Made by a program: the position numbers and the translations under genes. Shown here in pieces: positions 12,944-24,700 of a stretch of 64,000 nt of DNA. This stretch comes from Balanoglossus misakiensis (taxonomy: Eukaryota > Animalia > Hemichordata). The stretch's first letter is position 1. The number at the start of each line of letters is the position of its first letter. The DNA is taken from positions 11,838,415 to 11,902,414 of the forward strand of contig CM082582.2 of assembly GCA_040954595.2 (NCBI GenBank). Reading direction: 5' to 3'. Under the pieces are notes generated by a model that worked only from the letters and a program-made list of their open reading frames with translations, searched no databases and had not been told where the DNA came from.

Positions 12944-13518
12944 TTAAGTATTAAGCGTTGGAACGAAGAGTTTTCTTCATCATTCATTTGAACTCAAAGC
13001 GAGCTAGGATTATCTTGTCATCATTGTGGCAGATGATCATGAAGAATTTAGTGTGACCTCTGTGACCTTTCATCAATATGTGTGGAATGCCAAGAAATTT
13101 GATATGGGAAGATTCTGTAATAAATTAGGTAGCGACTGATGTGGTTTCCACAAATGGCATTTCAGATATTTCAACAGTGCAAAGTACGCTTGGCCAAAAA
13201 AAATACTTGGTCTTGGAGAATCAGCCATACAAAGCACATCATGAAACTGTATAACAGAAGATTTTCCTTGAATGGCCATTACTGTACAAACAAGTGGTAA
13301 CCTTACCCTCTGTGACACTCCCAAGGTAGTAAGCCATAAAACTCAGGGTCTGGGTCCAGGTCTCCACCCCATGATGACAAGTCATTGACCCTGTAAAATC
13401 AAAATGTCAATTGTTTTCCCATTAAATACGTTCACACTGCATTGAAAATGTACGAATAGTTCCAGACACATTAAGTACACAAAACCTTTCCCAGGAACTT
13501 TGGCCCGTCCTTTTTTTG

Positions 13519-13597
13519 ACTGGTCTCAGATCAAATAATCATTTCAACATAACATGTTCAGATATATGCTTGTCAATGTTGATCATCCTCGACCAGT
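13519..13597 (-). ncRNA. SNORD27: box C/D snoRNA, SNORD27/U27-like (copy 2, variant box C AGGATGA)
   Basis: 7-bp stem ACTGGTC/GACCAGT; TGACAAGCATATATCTGAAC identical to copy 1; box D CTGA. Confidence 0.82.
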
Positions 13598-13838
13598 GAA
13601 CTAGTAATCTTATACATTTATTTCTTTTATGTGATCTATGAATTGATGTAACAGATTTACATGCAAGTAATATGGGAACAGCTGCAAGTAATGTAGCATT
13701 TCACAAACACTTACCTTTACATATTTGGTGCAGAGTGATATTTAATCCTCGCCCTAAAATAAAACCATAGATACATACAATTACCTGATGATTGAATTTG
13801 CATTTTATTGTTGATGTAGACATGGCATATTCTAGGGG

Positions 13839-13936
13839 TGCCACTCAGATAATTCTTTAGCGTTGGAACGAAGAATTTTCTTCACCGTTCATTTGAACTC
13901 GAAGCGAGCTAGGATTATATGGTCATCATTGTGGCA
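13839..13936 (-). ncRNA. SNORD29: box C/D snoRNA, SNORD29/U29-like (intact copy)
   Basis: Stem TGCCAC/GTGGCA; box C ATGATGA; guide CCTAGCTCGC pairs (with G:U) with 28S GUGAGCUGGG in the same register as U29; box D CTGA. Confidence 0.8.
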
Positions 13937-16900
13937 TAAAGTATTTTGCATGACTATCATTGATCGTCAACCGGCAGATACATGTCCTTACATATGGTGG
14001 TGGACGTCACGTGGGGTCATGCACACACGTGGTAAAGGCTGAAGCATTTGTAGAGCCTCGACATCGCGCGCGCGAGGTTCCCCACATTTCGCAATTCCAG
14101 GGTTACAAAATCCCCTCATTTGGCAAACTATAATACATAAAGTGACCAGTTGATATCCACATTAGATATTTTGTCGGCTCCATTGACAAAGTCTCTCTGG
14201 AAAGCAAACCTAGGCCGCGCTGACCAAAAGCTATCAGCCCGTGCAACTCAAGTGATGCTACGGGTTCCATTCACGATTGAATGCATGCCACCAGCACTAC
14301 CTTGAATGTAGAACTTGAAATTTTCATGTGAAAAAGCGACAAAGCAGCGGTCATATCTCTCATACATTGTACTAACCATTTCATGACGCTAAAAATGTTC
14401 TCAAACCGGAATATATCTTCTGGAAGCAGACGACCACACCACTTACATGTTTACACACCCTCCACATGGCTGGAAATGGCTGTAGTCTCGATTACCCAGA
14501 CGCCTTTGCTTCTTCCGCTGCTGGTGCGCTGATCACTGCGCATAGAACTGACGCCCTCTAACGTAACAGACCTGGGTCATGTCCTGGGTTGAGATGATGA
14601 TGTTTTACTTGCCAAGTTGCTCGCTTGAATAAAGAAATATATAAATAGACGCCTTTATGTTTAGCAACGTTGGTATTTATTCCATGTATGTATGCAGAGA
14701 CAAGTAAGTAACAAGAGAACATCGGATACAGTCTATTGGTGTGTTCTGAACTTGAAACAGAAGACGCTCTAACTTTACATTTTGGGAGTTTGAAGATGAG
14801 ATGAAGATGGATGAATAGGAATGGGTTTTTTTTTCACATAACGCGACGTGTTTAGCGCCCTCTAGAGAACTGTCGACAAATAAACGTCAAGTCGGTCGGT
14901 GATGACAAGTTTTCCAACTGGCCGTAGAAAAAAAAACACAGACATTTTCAGTGATTTTTTAATGGATTTCATAGTGCATGTAGATAGGTAGGCCTCAAAC
15001 AACAAAATCAAAGAATTCTCTCCAATTTCCTGATTTCACTAGGAACCAATCTCGTTTCTTTTCAGAGAGTGTGGTTTTATTTTATTAATCTTCCGGCAAT
15101 ATGTTTTTCAATTAGGCCAGTGTAATTGAATAAAAACACGGTCATTTAGGAAAACTCGAGCACAAATCTGACCTGTATTAATGCTCCAGGAATTACAACA
15201 ACTCATTCTATGAGAATGGCCACAATCCGGTCTATAATTACTGTTTATCTATAACGCAACATCGTTTTCACAATTCGGAATCTCGATTTCATTTTCCCTG
15301 ATTAATGATTTCTGTCACCTGATTATATGCACAATCATAAATCCACTCATTCATTTGCAACGCAGAGTAATTTATGCCGTTAGGCTAACGAACGGAATTG
15401 ATAGAATTATACGAGGAAGCAGTTGACAATAACGGGAAAATAATGGGGAAAGTGAATAAAAGCTGGATCGTTGACAGTTGCATCCATACGTGCTCGGCAG
15501 ACAGCAGTGCGTGGCAATCTAGTCGACATCTCGACTTCATAAAGGAAAGCGGCGATTTCTCAGTCTGTCTTATCTAACTGAATGCTAATTTATTGAAGAT
15601 TTACTCAATGTGCTTTTGCATTTTACACGATGAAATCCGACTGTGATTGTACTAAAGACGGCGAATCGCGAATTATAACCACAGCCGACGGAGGTAGCCT
15701 GCTTTTTCATGCCTTTATGCCTTCAGCGCTGGGACTTCTCCGCTAGTGCCCGGAAGAACTCAAGAAATGCGAGACCTCTGTGATTGATTGGGGTCTCGGC
15801 GTTGTGTATTTTAATAATTAAAGTGTCTCTATTATTAAGAATTTATTGAGTAGGCTGACAAAAGGGTTTGATCTTTCCAACGGGGGCTAGTCATATGCAA
15901 CGTTCGCGGTGATTTCGAAGCACGCCCGGGGGCCAGCTACTCCAGAACGCAGTGGGGCTCAATTGAAGGGTGGAGACTTGACAGGGCTAACAAGGGGGTC
16001 ACGTATATACTTACAAACCTACTACGGCAATCTCACACCAGGGGCAAATATAATTTCCGTTACCATAGAAACGTCGGTATTTTCAATCTGCGTGAATGAA
16101 CATATTGTGTGATCATTTTCGTGGCTTTAGCCCCAGAATACTTGTTTCTCCCCCCCCCCTTCTCTCTCTCTCTCTCTCCCCTCGGATGTTTCTGGCTTAT
16201 TTAAGCACGTGACCACGTCGCCTTTCTTGCGAGGTGTGATTCATCTTGGAGGAAACGTCATGAATATTAATACATCAAGACGCTTTCCCTCTCATCTATT
16301 TGGCATTCATGTATGATGATGCTTAAATCGGCGCGCACTCCTGTCGGCTCGTGTGAACGCCATCGGAAAGCCCCTCGTTTTTGTTTAAAACGTCTGGAAT
16401 ACTGATAAATTTCTATGGTGATACGCTGAGACGTGGCCTTGAATTGATGTACGCAAGTCTCGTGGGGATACACCCCCCATTCTTGTCAAGTGAAATAATC
16501 CAGTGGTAATACTTAAACTGCCTAACGCAGGGCATGTTGAAATTGAAAGAAAGTGCTCTTGAAAGTGTCGATAGAGTGGCCGATAAGGACGGACAACGAA
16601 TCTTTGTTTGACACCAATTCCGACTTGCGCTTCGCTTCGTATCGGTCTTGTAAGTAACGACGTTGTTATCGCAAAGCGCTCTTGAGCGCAGAAGAAACAG
16701 TCCCGGGCGATAAACGATAAAACGCGCCAGATGATGCGTGAAGGAGTAAAATGAAAAGTGTTCTTTTGGCGTTTTGTCCGCTTTACGTCGGTGACCGTAA
16801 AAGACAACGATGACTGTTGCACTAACTAAGGACCCCAGGGAAATCTCTGCTCATTGCAAAATAACTCCTAGAAGTCAATTTAGCGTGGACGATTTTCTTC

Positions 16901-18770
16901 TATCGTTGCACATTGAGATTTCCCTCATTTTGTCGACTAAAGTGCGTTTCAAATGTAGCGTCGGCGATGAGATGAATTTGTAGGAATGTGACGAGGTTTA
17001 GCTGCGTTTTCGCATCTGGCAAATGTTTGCAGTAAGTTAGATATCAAGCGCCTTTCTATTTGGCCATTTTGACGCTTTACAAAGTAATGAGGTTTATGGA
17101 ATAAAATTATAACGCGAAAATCACAAGTTACAGTTGCTAACTTTAAGAAGCAATCGTGGTCGTATCATAAGCAAAGGTTTGTGTCAGAGGGACTGTGGTC
17201 CAGAGCATATGGTGGGTGCAGGGTGTAGGGCTAATGAACTCGACCTTCAAAGTCCCGGATCACATGTGCACGCACTACTGCCCGATCCGCGGTGCATCGG
17301 AATGCAATAAACAGCAACATGTTATGTACATTGAGTATGCAAACTTATTATCACTCATTCAGTCGTGATTAACTCCACCGAGAATTGACAAAGAATGGGG
17401 TTTCCATCTACCCGTCTTTACGCTTCACCGAGTTTCTGCACCAAGGTACATATTGAGTGGCCCGTTCTCTCCGAACAATGGCGACAGCAACATCGGAGAT
17501 AGCATTATAGCCGTCGCCTTTCAAATTGTACAATGCCATCGTATGCCTTATCGGCCTTGTTTCCCCTCGGCGTTTCGCTAGATCAACGCCATGAATTTTG
17601 CCATTGGAAATGAAAAGATTTCTAAAAAGCGGCGAGTGGTCGGGTTTCGGTCGAAATGGTTGCAGCCGTCCAATCAAGGCGATAATGGCTCATAGAATAA
17701 ACAAGCGCACAATAGGCGAGTTGGAAATTAGGGTATTAAAGAAAAAAACTCCTCCCAAAGGTCGTCTGGTTTTGAATACCCATCAATGGAGACCTAAAAA
17801 CCACGAGTAATCTCTTTTTTGATCACCGCGTTGTTTTCGCGTGCTTTTATATTTGGACTGAATTCAGTTTGACACTGTTGTTGCCGTGTGTTGCTTTTGT
17901 GGTACAGACTTGAAATGCGTCCATGTTTTTCGCCGACGTGACCGTTGCGTAATTTTGCGGCCGGTGGCGGTGCGTCTGAGCTCGTTATTCGATCATCCGG
18001 TAATGACTTTCGTCATCTATCATCTCTGTCACTTCCATTAACACATTACCATGCTTTGGTAATTTCCGGCAACTTTAAATTACCAGGAGTCCGTATCAAA
18101 AACGGCGTCGTCCACCCCTGCAGTGATAATGAAATGGTCCCGTCCCAGCTCACTCAAACCATTTTCTCTCTCTTTTTTTAACAGTGTGTGGTGTATGCAT
18201 ACACAATGCAGCTACAGAGCCAATCAGCAAGAGTAGTCCCCCTATCGTGTTTCGTGGTGGGCTGGTCTCCGTATACGCTTGCGTGCCTGTAGTGTTAAAG
18301 TCTGTGAGTGGGAAGCTTGATCCGAGTTGTGAGCGGCTAATTCCAGCATTGTCACTGGTACTGAGACGGTGTGAGTGTACGTAGTGGTACCGCTAAGCCT
18401 GGGACTCACACATGCCACAGGACGCATGGAGGACATACACAACTGTGCTGAGCTACCAAAGTATCCCACACTCGTACTGACGGCAAACATATTCGAGATG
18501 CTATGAAATAGACAAATGCAGGATATTGCTTTATTGGTCGTATAACCGGCAGTTTCCACCTCAAAACCGCCGCGCATAGCTCTGACTTTGGCGTGTACAC
18601 ATCAATGTCACAACTGACGTCGTGTGAAAACTGCCTTGTGTTCAATGTACAGAAAGAGACATCGAGAAAGCCATTCTCCGACGCCGCAGAGGCAGCGTGA
18701 ATCTTCTTCTTCTTCTTCAAGATACGTGATTGCGCGATCAGTGCTGAGAGACAGCAATCGGACGAGCAAC

Positions 18771-21700
18771 ATGCTCTCAACGTTGACGCTAGTCTTGCTA
18801 TTCAGCCAGCTCTGTCTAGGTGAGTAAAAAGCAATCAATTATGCCACAGCCATTCATCACAGCAAAGCACCAGAGTAACTACATGTTACAACTTCTTTCT
18901 CGTAGCATTGTACAGGTCTAGGAAATCAACAACAACAATGACCTCAGCCGCCCGCTATGTTTAAGAAATAGCGGCGATTAAACACACAAAGTCATGCGAA
19001 GTACAATTTTGTTCTATTTGCCCTGTTTACGTGTGTCAACAACACTTACAGAAGACATACCGCATAGACAGTTTAACGTGCCGTCGAAATAATGGGGTAT
19101 CGCTCTAATTAACAATTGCAGGGATTTAGTCGCAGCTATTGTACATCTTCAAATCTCCCAGTCAACAGTCCAGTGGTGTTAGTTATTTGTCACTAATCAA
19201 ATCGATACCCTCTTTGTACCTTCTTTCCGTCTGGATGACGAATTTCCTCTCTCTCCCTCTCCCCCTCTCAACTGTGACTCTGCCCTCCACCCCTCCCACT
19301 ATCTTATCTGTCTGCCTATCTGCCTGTCCTTCGTCTGTCCATCTATTGCATTCCTCCCCTGCCCTCCCCGTCTCCCCTCACCCCCTCTCTTTCTCTCTCA
19401 GGCGATGCAGCAACTGTCAGTGTATCCCCCATCTCACAGTGCAGGCGCATGTTAATGGAAGTGGAAGGCAACTTTGGAGTAACTGCGCCACAACCGCCGG
19501 AAATCTACGGAGAGTGGGTCTCCACCAGGTGAGGCAACACTTGCTATTTCCACAATTTCTGCCTGCAATGATCTTCGTATGTGCCTGTATATAGCCGTGA
19601 TGGCCACTGACAGTCAGTGTAGCTGTGTAGGTCACTGACAGTCAGTCTCACAGCATGTCAAGTTTGATATAGTCTTTTACTGCTGAACAGTCTACAGGCA
19701 AACATCAGGTACGTTCAGGATCAGTTGTTGACGCGCTGTATGCCCTGCCTGTATTTCTTTCTACCAAAGCGTGATATGCATTCGTAAACACATGTTAAGG
19801 TGCACTTAAGTGGGATATGGCATGTTCAGATCTGGTTTCACTTCACAAGAGGGCATATTGTGCGGATAAGCTGGCATTGTGATTTATCTGACAAAACTTT
19901 GAGCCTTAGAAGGCCTAGGGAAAGATTGTCTGGTTGCTTTGAGTGGCAGCTAAGGCCGGCGAACAAACAAGAGCCAGCTCAGACTCTGGAGGCAAACCCG
20001 ATTCAAGGAATAAGATTCCCCTTCCATATGCACAAACGCTTGCACGCATATACTCTGGAGGCCGAGTGAAATTAAACTCATTCCGGAGTAGAGTCACGCC
20101 TGCCCGCGTCTCTACTCGGGTATCTGCCGAGATATGGCGCTGTAGACAACGATACTGAGTCTTGCTGAACCAGCACAGGAAACCCACGCTTCAGAAGTGA
20201 TGTGAAGTTTGTGGAAGAAAGTACCGACAGATGCGCGTACAAGTCAAAATGTGACAGTTGTCTCTCCTCGCGAGTACGATCGCATAAAGTGGACCCCTTC
20301 TTATTGCAGATGACACCGAATGCTTGACCCATAGCAAGCAGCTTGCATTGCAAGCCACGGGCTAGGCTAATCTTGTAATAACTTTATGCACCATGGACAA
20401 AGGATACAAACGGGGGAAACTTTAGCGCAGGTAACGAGAAAAGACAGCCTTTGACAGCCGTAATTTGAGAAAGAAATTTGAAAGGGACACTACTTAAGGA
20501 GGAAGCAGTGTACAGCCTCAGCATCCTGGAGGTCACACAGAAGAAATCCCTCACCAGGGGCATTTTTTTCGAGCGTCTTTCCAAATCACTGTCCGAAATC
20601 ACCGAACGACATCCTGATTTAATTAAATTGATTGTTTGCGTTCACACGGTCTTATCTCTATGTGTAACATCACGTAATACCAGGTTCTGGGAGCGGTTCA
20701 TTCGTTCACAGGACTATACATCATCAAGATCATCTCGATCTGCAAACACTGGCCAAAAGTTGTTGGCGGGAAGGAAATTTTGGTCGCCAGTTGTTACAAT
20801 ATGTATGATTGAACAAAAATCGTGACGTGGCTCGTCGGAAACGCAGAGTATGGTATTCCTTGAGCAGTGTCTCGAGGCGATATGCTTTTAGTGGAGTAAA
20901 AACCAATATTCAAGATGCCTGCTCTATAAAATATACAAAGAAGCTGAGTAGGCCAATTTATCAAAATATGTGTTCGCTCTGAAATTGAATTACAAGACGC
21001 GGCGGCTACTTTAATATCATCCGGACAGGGATGGGTTTAGAAGGAGTACTAGAAGATATACTTCACGGTATTTTTGAGCCACAGGCAGAAAAACTGGAAT
21101 AGTTATCGCGGATCATTTTTTTCGCCCCATGCTATTTGGCTATAAGTGACCAAAAAGTTGCAGCGTGGTCTGACGTATATTGAGACGAACAATGACCCTC
21201 CGAGCCGCACTGAGAACATACCACTCAAAATAGACTTCTTCATCGACAGCTGCGGAGTTTTTCAGTGCTTCCGAATGTGTGCGAGCCATGAGGGAGGATG
21301 AAAGATAACACATCTAGAAGCCGACCACACTTTTGAGCGAGCATTACGCAGCTTCAGTATCATTTCGAGACGCAGCAGGGAAGGCCCTCGATGCCAGATT
21401 CAAATTATTACCGCCACAGTGCGCTGAGTAAATACTTCGTGCCAATAATAGGGCGGCCCATTGTGAGTTGCGGACTGTTCCGTGTGAAAATGTAGAGTGC
21501 AGTTTTCATAAGCTGTGGACTCTTTTACTGTAAGGGTGGCCGAGAGCGTTGGATATTTTAGTGTATGTTTAGTCAACTGTCTTGTTTTGCTAAGGATTTT
21601 GTTTTGGTACTTTAATTATTGTCGAGAATGACCATACCAATACTAGCCCCCTAGCATCCTTATTTTCCTATCTGACCTGAGCTGATATGATCTGGTTTTA

Positions 21701-24700
21701 GAATTTGTCGTAAGCACTACGTACAATGGTTGGTTGGTTGGTTGGTTTAAATTGAAGACCTGCATGTGGGACAGAATTCAAATCTCACCGGCGACTGAAG
21801 GCGCTACTGGTGTTACGCTAAATTCCAATCTCATCACCGGGGAAATAAGCGTACACTCGTGACGTGATTGGTCGAAAGATTTCATTACAGAATCTCACAG
21901 TTCGCCACAGCCCAAACGCCGCTAAACGAACACCAGAAAATGAACTGCTGAAGCGCGACCCAGTTCACTTCATGGTCGACGACACATTCGTTTAAACAAA
22001 GTTCCGACCGCCACTGAGTATCATTTTCGAGCGTTTTGCTTGTGTAAATAACGACACGGATGAGAAATTACTGAAAATATTATTCTTTGCGTGGACTCAT
22101 TTCGAGCGATAATCACTGCTCTAAAAATACCCTAGAGTGGGAAGCATTTGAATCATATTGCGGTCAATGTAGCTACGCAGGGGCGTCATCAGTCAGCAAG
22201 GCATGACCACTGCATGGTTATACAACCTGTGGGTTATACCTGTTCGCTTCCTGTCGCACCAGAGAAAGTTCTAACCTCGTACATGATGTTATGGTGTTCG
22301 AACGGTCATGGAGGAAAGGACAAAACCCAAGCCACCTAAAAGCCTTTGAGTTTCATTATTCATACATGCAGCTGTTTATCAATCACCTTTTCCCTTACTT
22401 CTTTCCTGGTGCCGTCCCTGTCTCAAGGGGGTGACGATTGAGGGGAGGGCGCTTGCAACAATCATCACTTCCTTTCCTTTCAAAGTACAACAAAATGCAG
22501 AGGTTGTCAACGTAGGAATCTGAGCTGGAGTATTCTAGCATGCCCTAGGTTATAATGTGTCACTCCTCGCGTAATATGCATTTGCTGGGCATTTCTTTGA
22601 AGCCAATGTTGAGCTCACCAAAGGACGCTTGCATGGTTGTAAAAACCTGACACAGCACACCGGCCCGCAGGCAGGACTCGACCTGGCTCTGCCCACGTGC
22701 ACAATGGAGAAGAGTGGCCAGCTCACATACTAGGAATCAAATCAACCCTGTTACATAGTCATTGTCTAGAGCATGTAGTGATCTGAGAGTGGTGTGGATT
22801 TTTCACGGTGTCAATCTTTCAGTTCCGAGCAAAACATCGGATGCCAGCCATGAACGGACTGATGAACAGTCTCTGGGAAAAATGAAATAAGATCGCTCGA
22901 GGGGAAGTTTTTTTACACAAACAGATCTCAAATCAATCCAGGATGTGTATTTTGTTTTCCTGACCGTCAATCTCGAAGGGAGAAGAAAAATATTGCCGAA
23001 AGCTACGCATTGTGTTGCCGGGACAGGTCACATTTCCAGCTGTGGAGTTTGATCTTGCTTGGCAAACGCAGCCACACACAGAAAAATAGGCGAAGGGGGA
23101 ATCATGAGTGTGTGCGTAGAATGACTCACTCGTTAGCGTTAATGCCCGGCGTAGATCTTCAAGCTCTCCGCCAGCTTAGCATACTGGAAATCCAAAATCT
23201 AGCCCCAAATCCCGTGTGTGAAGAGCTACCATCTGACAGACGAAAGCATTTTTAGGATCCCCGCCTCTGACAAGGCAAGATTCATTGTCCCATTAAAAAA
23301 AGTGGTGCTTGCTGAAGGAATGCAGTTGACAGATGAAAACCCATTTCACCCTTGCCCCGTACAGCGATGAATAATTTGTAGCAATTCGCACATGGTCGAA
23401 GTACCCGACACACCGTAATCCTCCGATTGAGTCTTCCCCTAAGATTAATGGTTTGTTTAAAGTGCTAATTCATTTACTCACTTAAAGAATGTACTAATCC
23501 GCCAAAACCTTTTGAATTCTACGAAATAATCGACTGGCGGTGGTGTGGCTTCTGAGTGGCTCAATTTAACACATTACAAAACACTGACTATACCTAGTTT
23601 ATAATTATCGAAGGTGACTTTTGTCAGAGATCCCTGTTGTCATCGTCATTTGTTCCGACTCGACGGTCGGGGCACATATTTCATCGCCGATGTTGTGTCG
23701 TGGTGGTGTATATTATGATAGCCCGAACGCATCAATGTGGTAGCACAGGGTGTTCTCGAGCCTTCGGGCATCTGCATGGTTGCCTCACTGGCAAATGGCA
23801 AATAAAAGACGCGCCTTGCTTCCACGCTGTCTGCAACAGCAGCGTTTTAGATAAAGCAAATTTACCTGGGTCAACTCTTCCCCGAGTTCACCCATTAAAA
23901 ACTTCCGAATCGGCAACTTTGGAGTCACTCATGTCACGTGATCAGGCAGCGTCTTCAAGGCACAAGACCCTCGCAACTGATGTCAGAATTTGCATAGCGC
24001 GATTTCCAAGGAATATTCCATAAATATGCAATACCCAAAGAGAGTAACTCGAACTGACATATTGAATTACATACTACCCATATATATTGACTGTGAAATG
24101 AAAGCCTGGATCTTAGTTCATGGCCACCTGTTCTATATGATATTAATTTCAAAATTATCATGGTCGACATGTAACTGGAGTTGAATGAGCAGTTTCCAAA
24201 GTATACCAAAGTATAGTTATGATGGATGTCGACCGTTATCGTGTTTGTATTAAAATGACGTCATCGCTTCTTTCCTTTCGCAGGTGCGAGGTAAGACCCG
24301 GACCGGAGTTCCTGACGCGAAAATACAAATTCCACGCCGACTCGACGTTCACCGCTTATCAGTTCTACTACACCGATAACCAGTGCACCATCCCTGCCTA
24401 CTCACTGAAATTACGCGGCAGCATCGAGATTGGGGAATCCTCTTGGATCATAAGAGGAGGCACCAAGTCTGCCTATGAGCTCGACAGGGTTCTCATTACG
24501 TCACACCGGGCTGACATCACTGAGTATCTCATCGTGAAAGTGAACGCCACTTGCCCGGGTTACATCTCGCCGAACGAGAGATGGCTCACCAACATGCGGT
24601 ATCATTTATTCAGCTGGTACGAGGACAAGGATTGTTTGGAGGCGCTCTCTTTTGCGATGCACGAGCTCCAACTTGTACGTGTGGAGGCACACGAGAAGTT

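Larger units (their letters stand above)
11791..13031 (-). pseudogene. SNORD29: SNORD29-like snoRNA interrupted by a transposon (5' part 13031-12948, box D and 3' stem 11800-11791)
   Basis: 12953-13031 is a close copy of 13858-13936. The missing CTGAGTGGCA end is found at 11800-11791. Removing the insert plus one TTAA restores a snoRNA of the same length as the intact copy. Confidence 0.82.
9870..13936 (-). ncRNA. SNHG1: non-coding snoRNA host gene, SNHG1/UHG-like (5' end lies upstream of 13936, not resolved)
   Basis: Short GT-AG exons 13753-13715, 13390-13307, 11713-11674, 11443-11386, 11124-11089, ~10711-10595, 10309-10220, and a terminal exon from 9992 with AATAAA at 9890-9885. One C/D snoRNA per intron, no convincing ORF, and the snoRNA set overlaps the vertebrate U25-U31 cluster. 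Confidence 0.8.
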
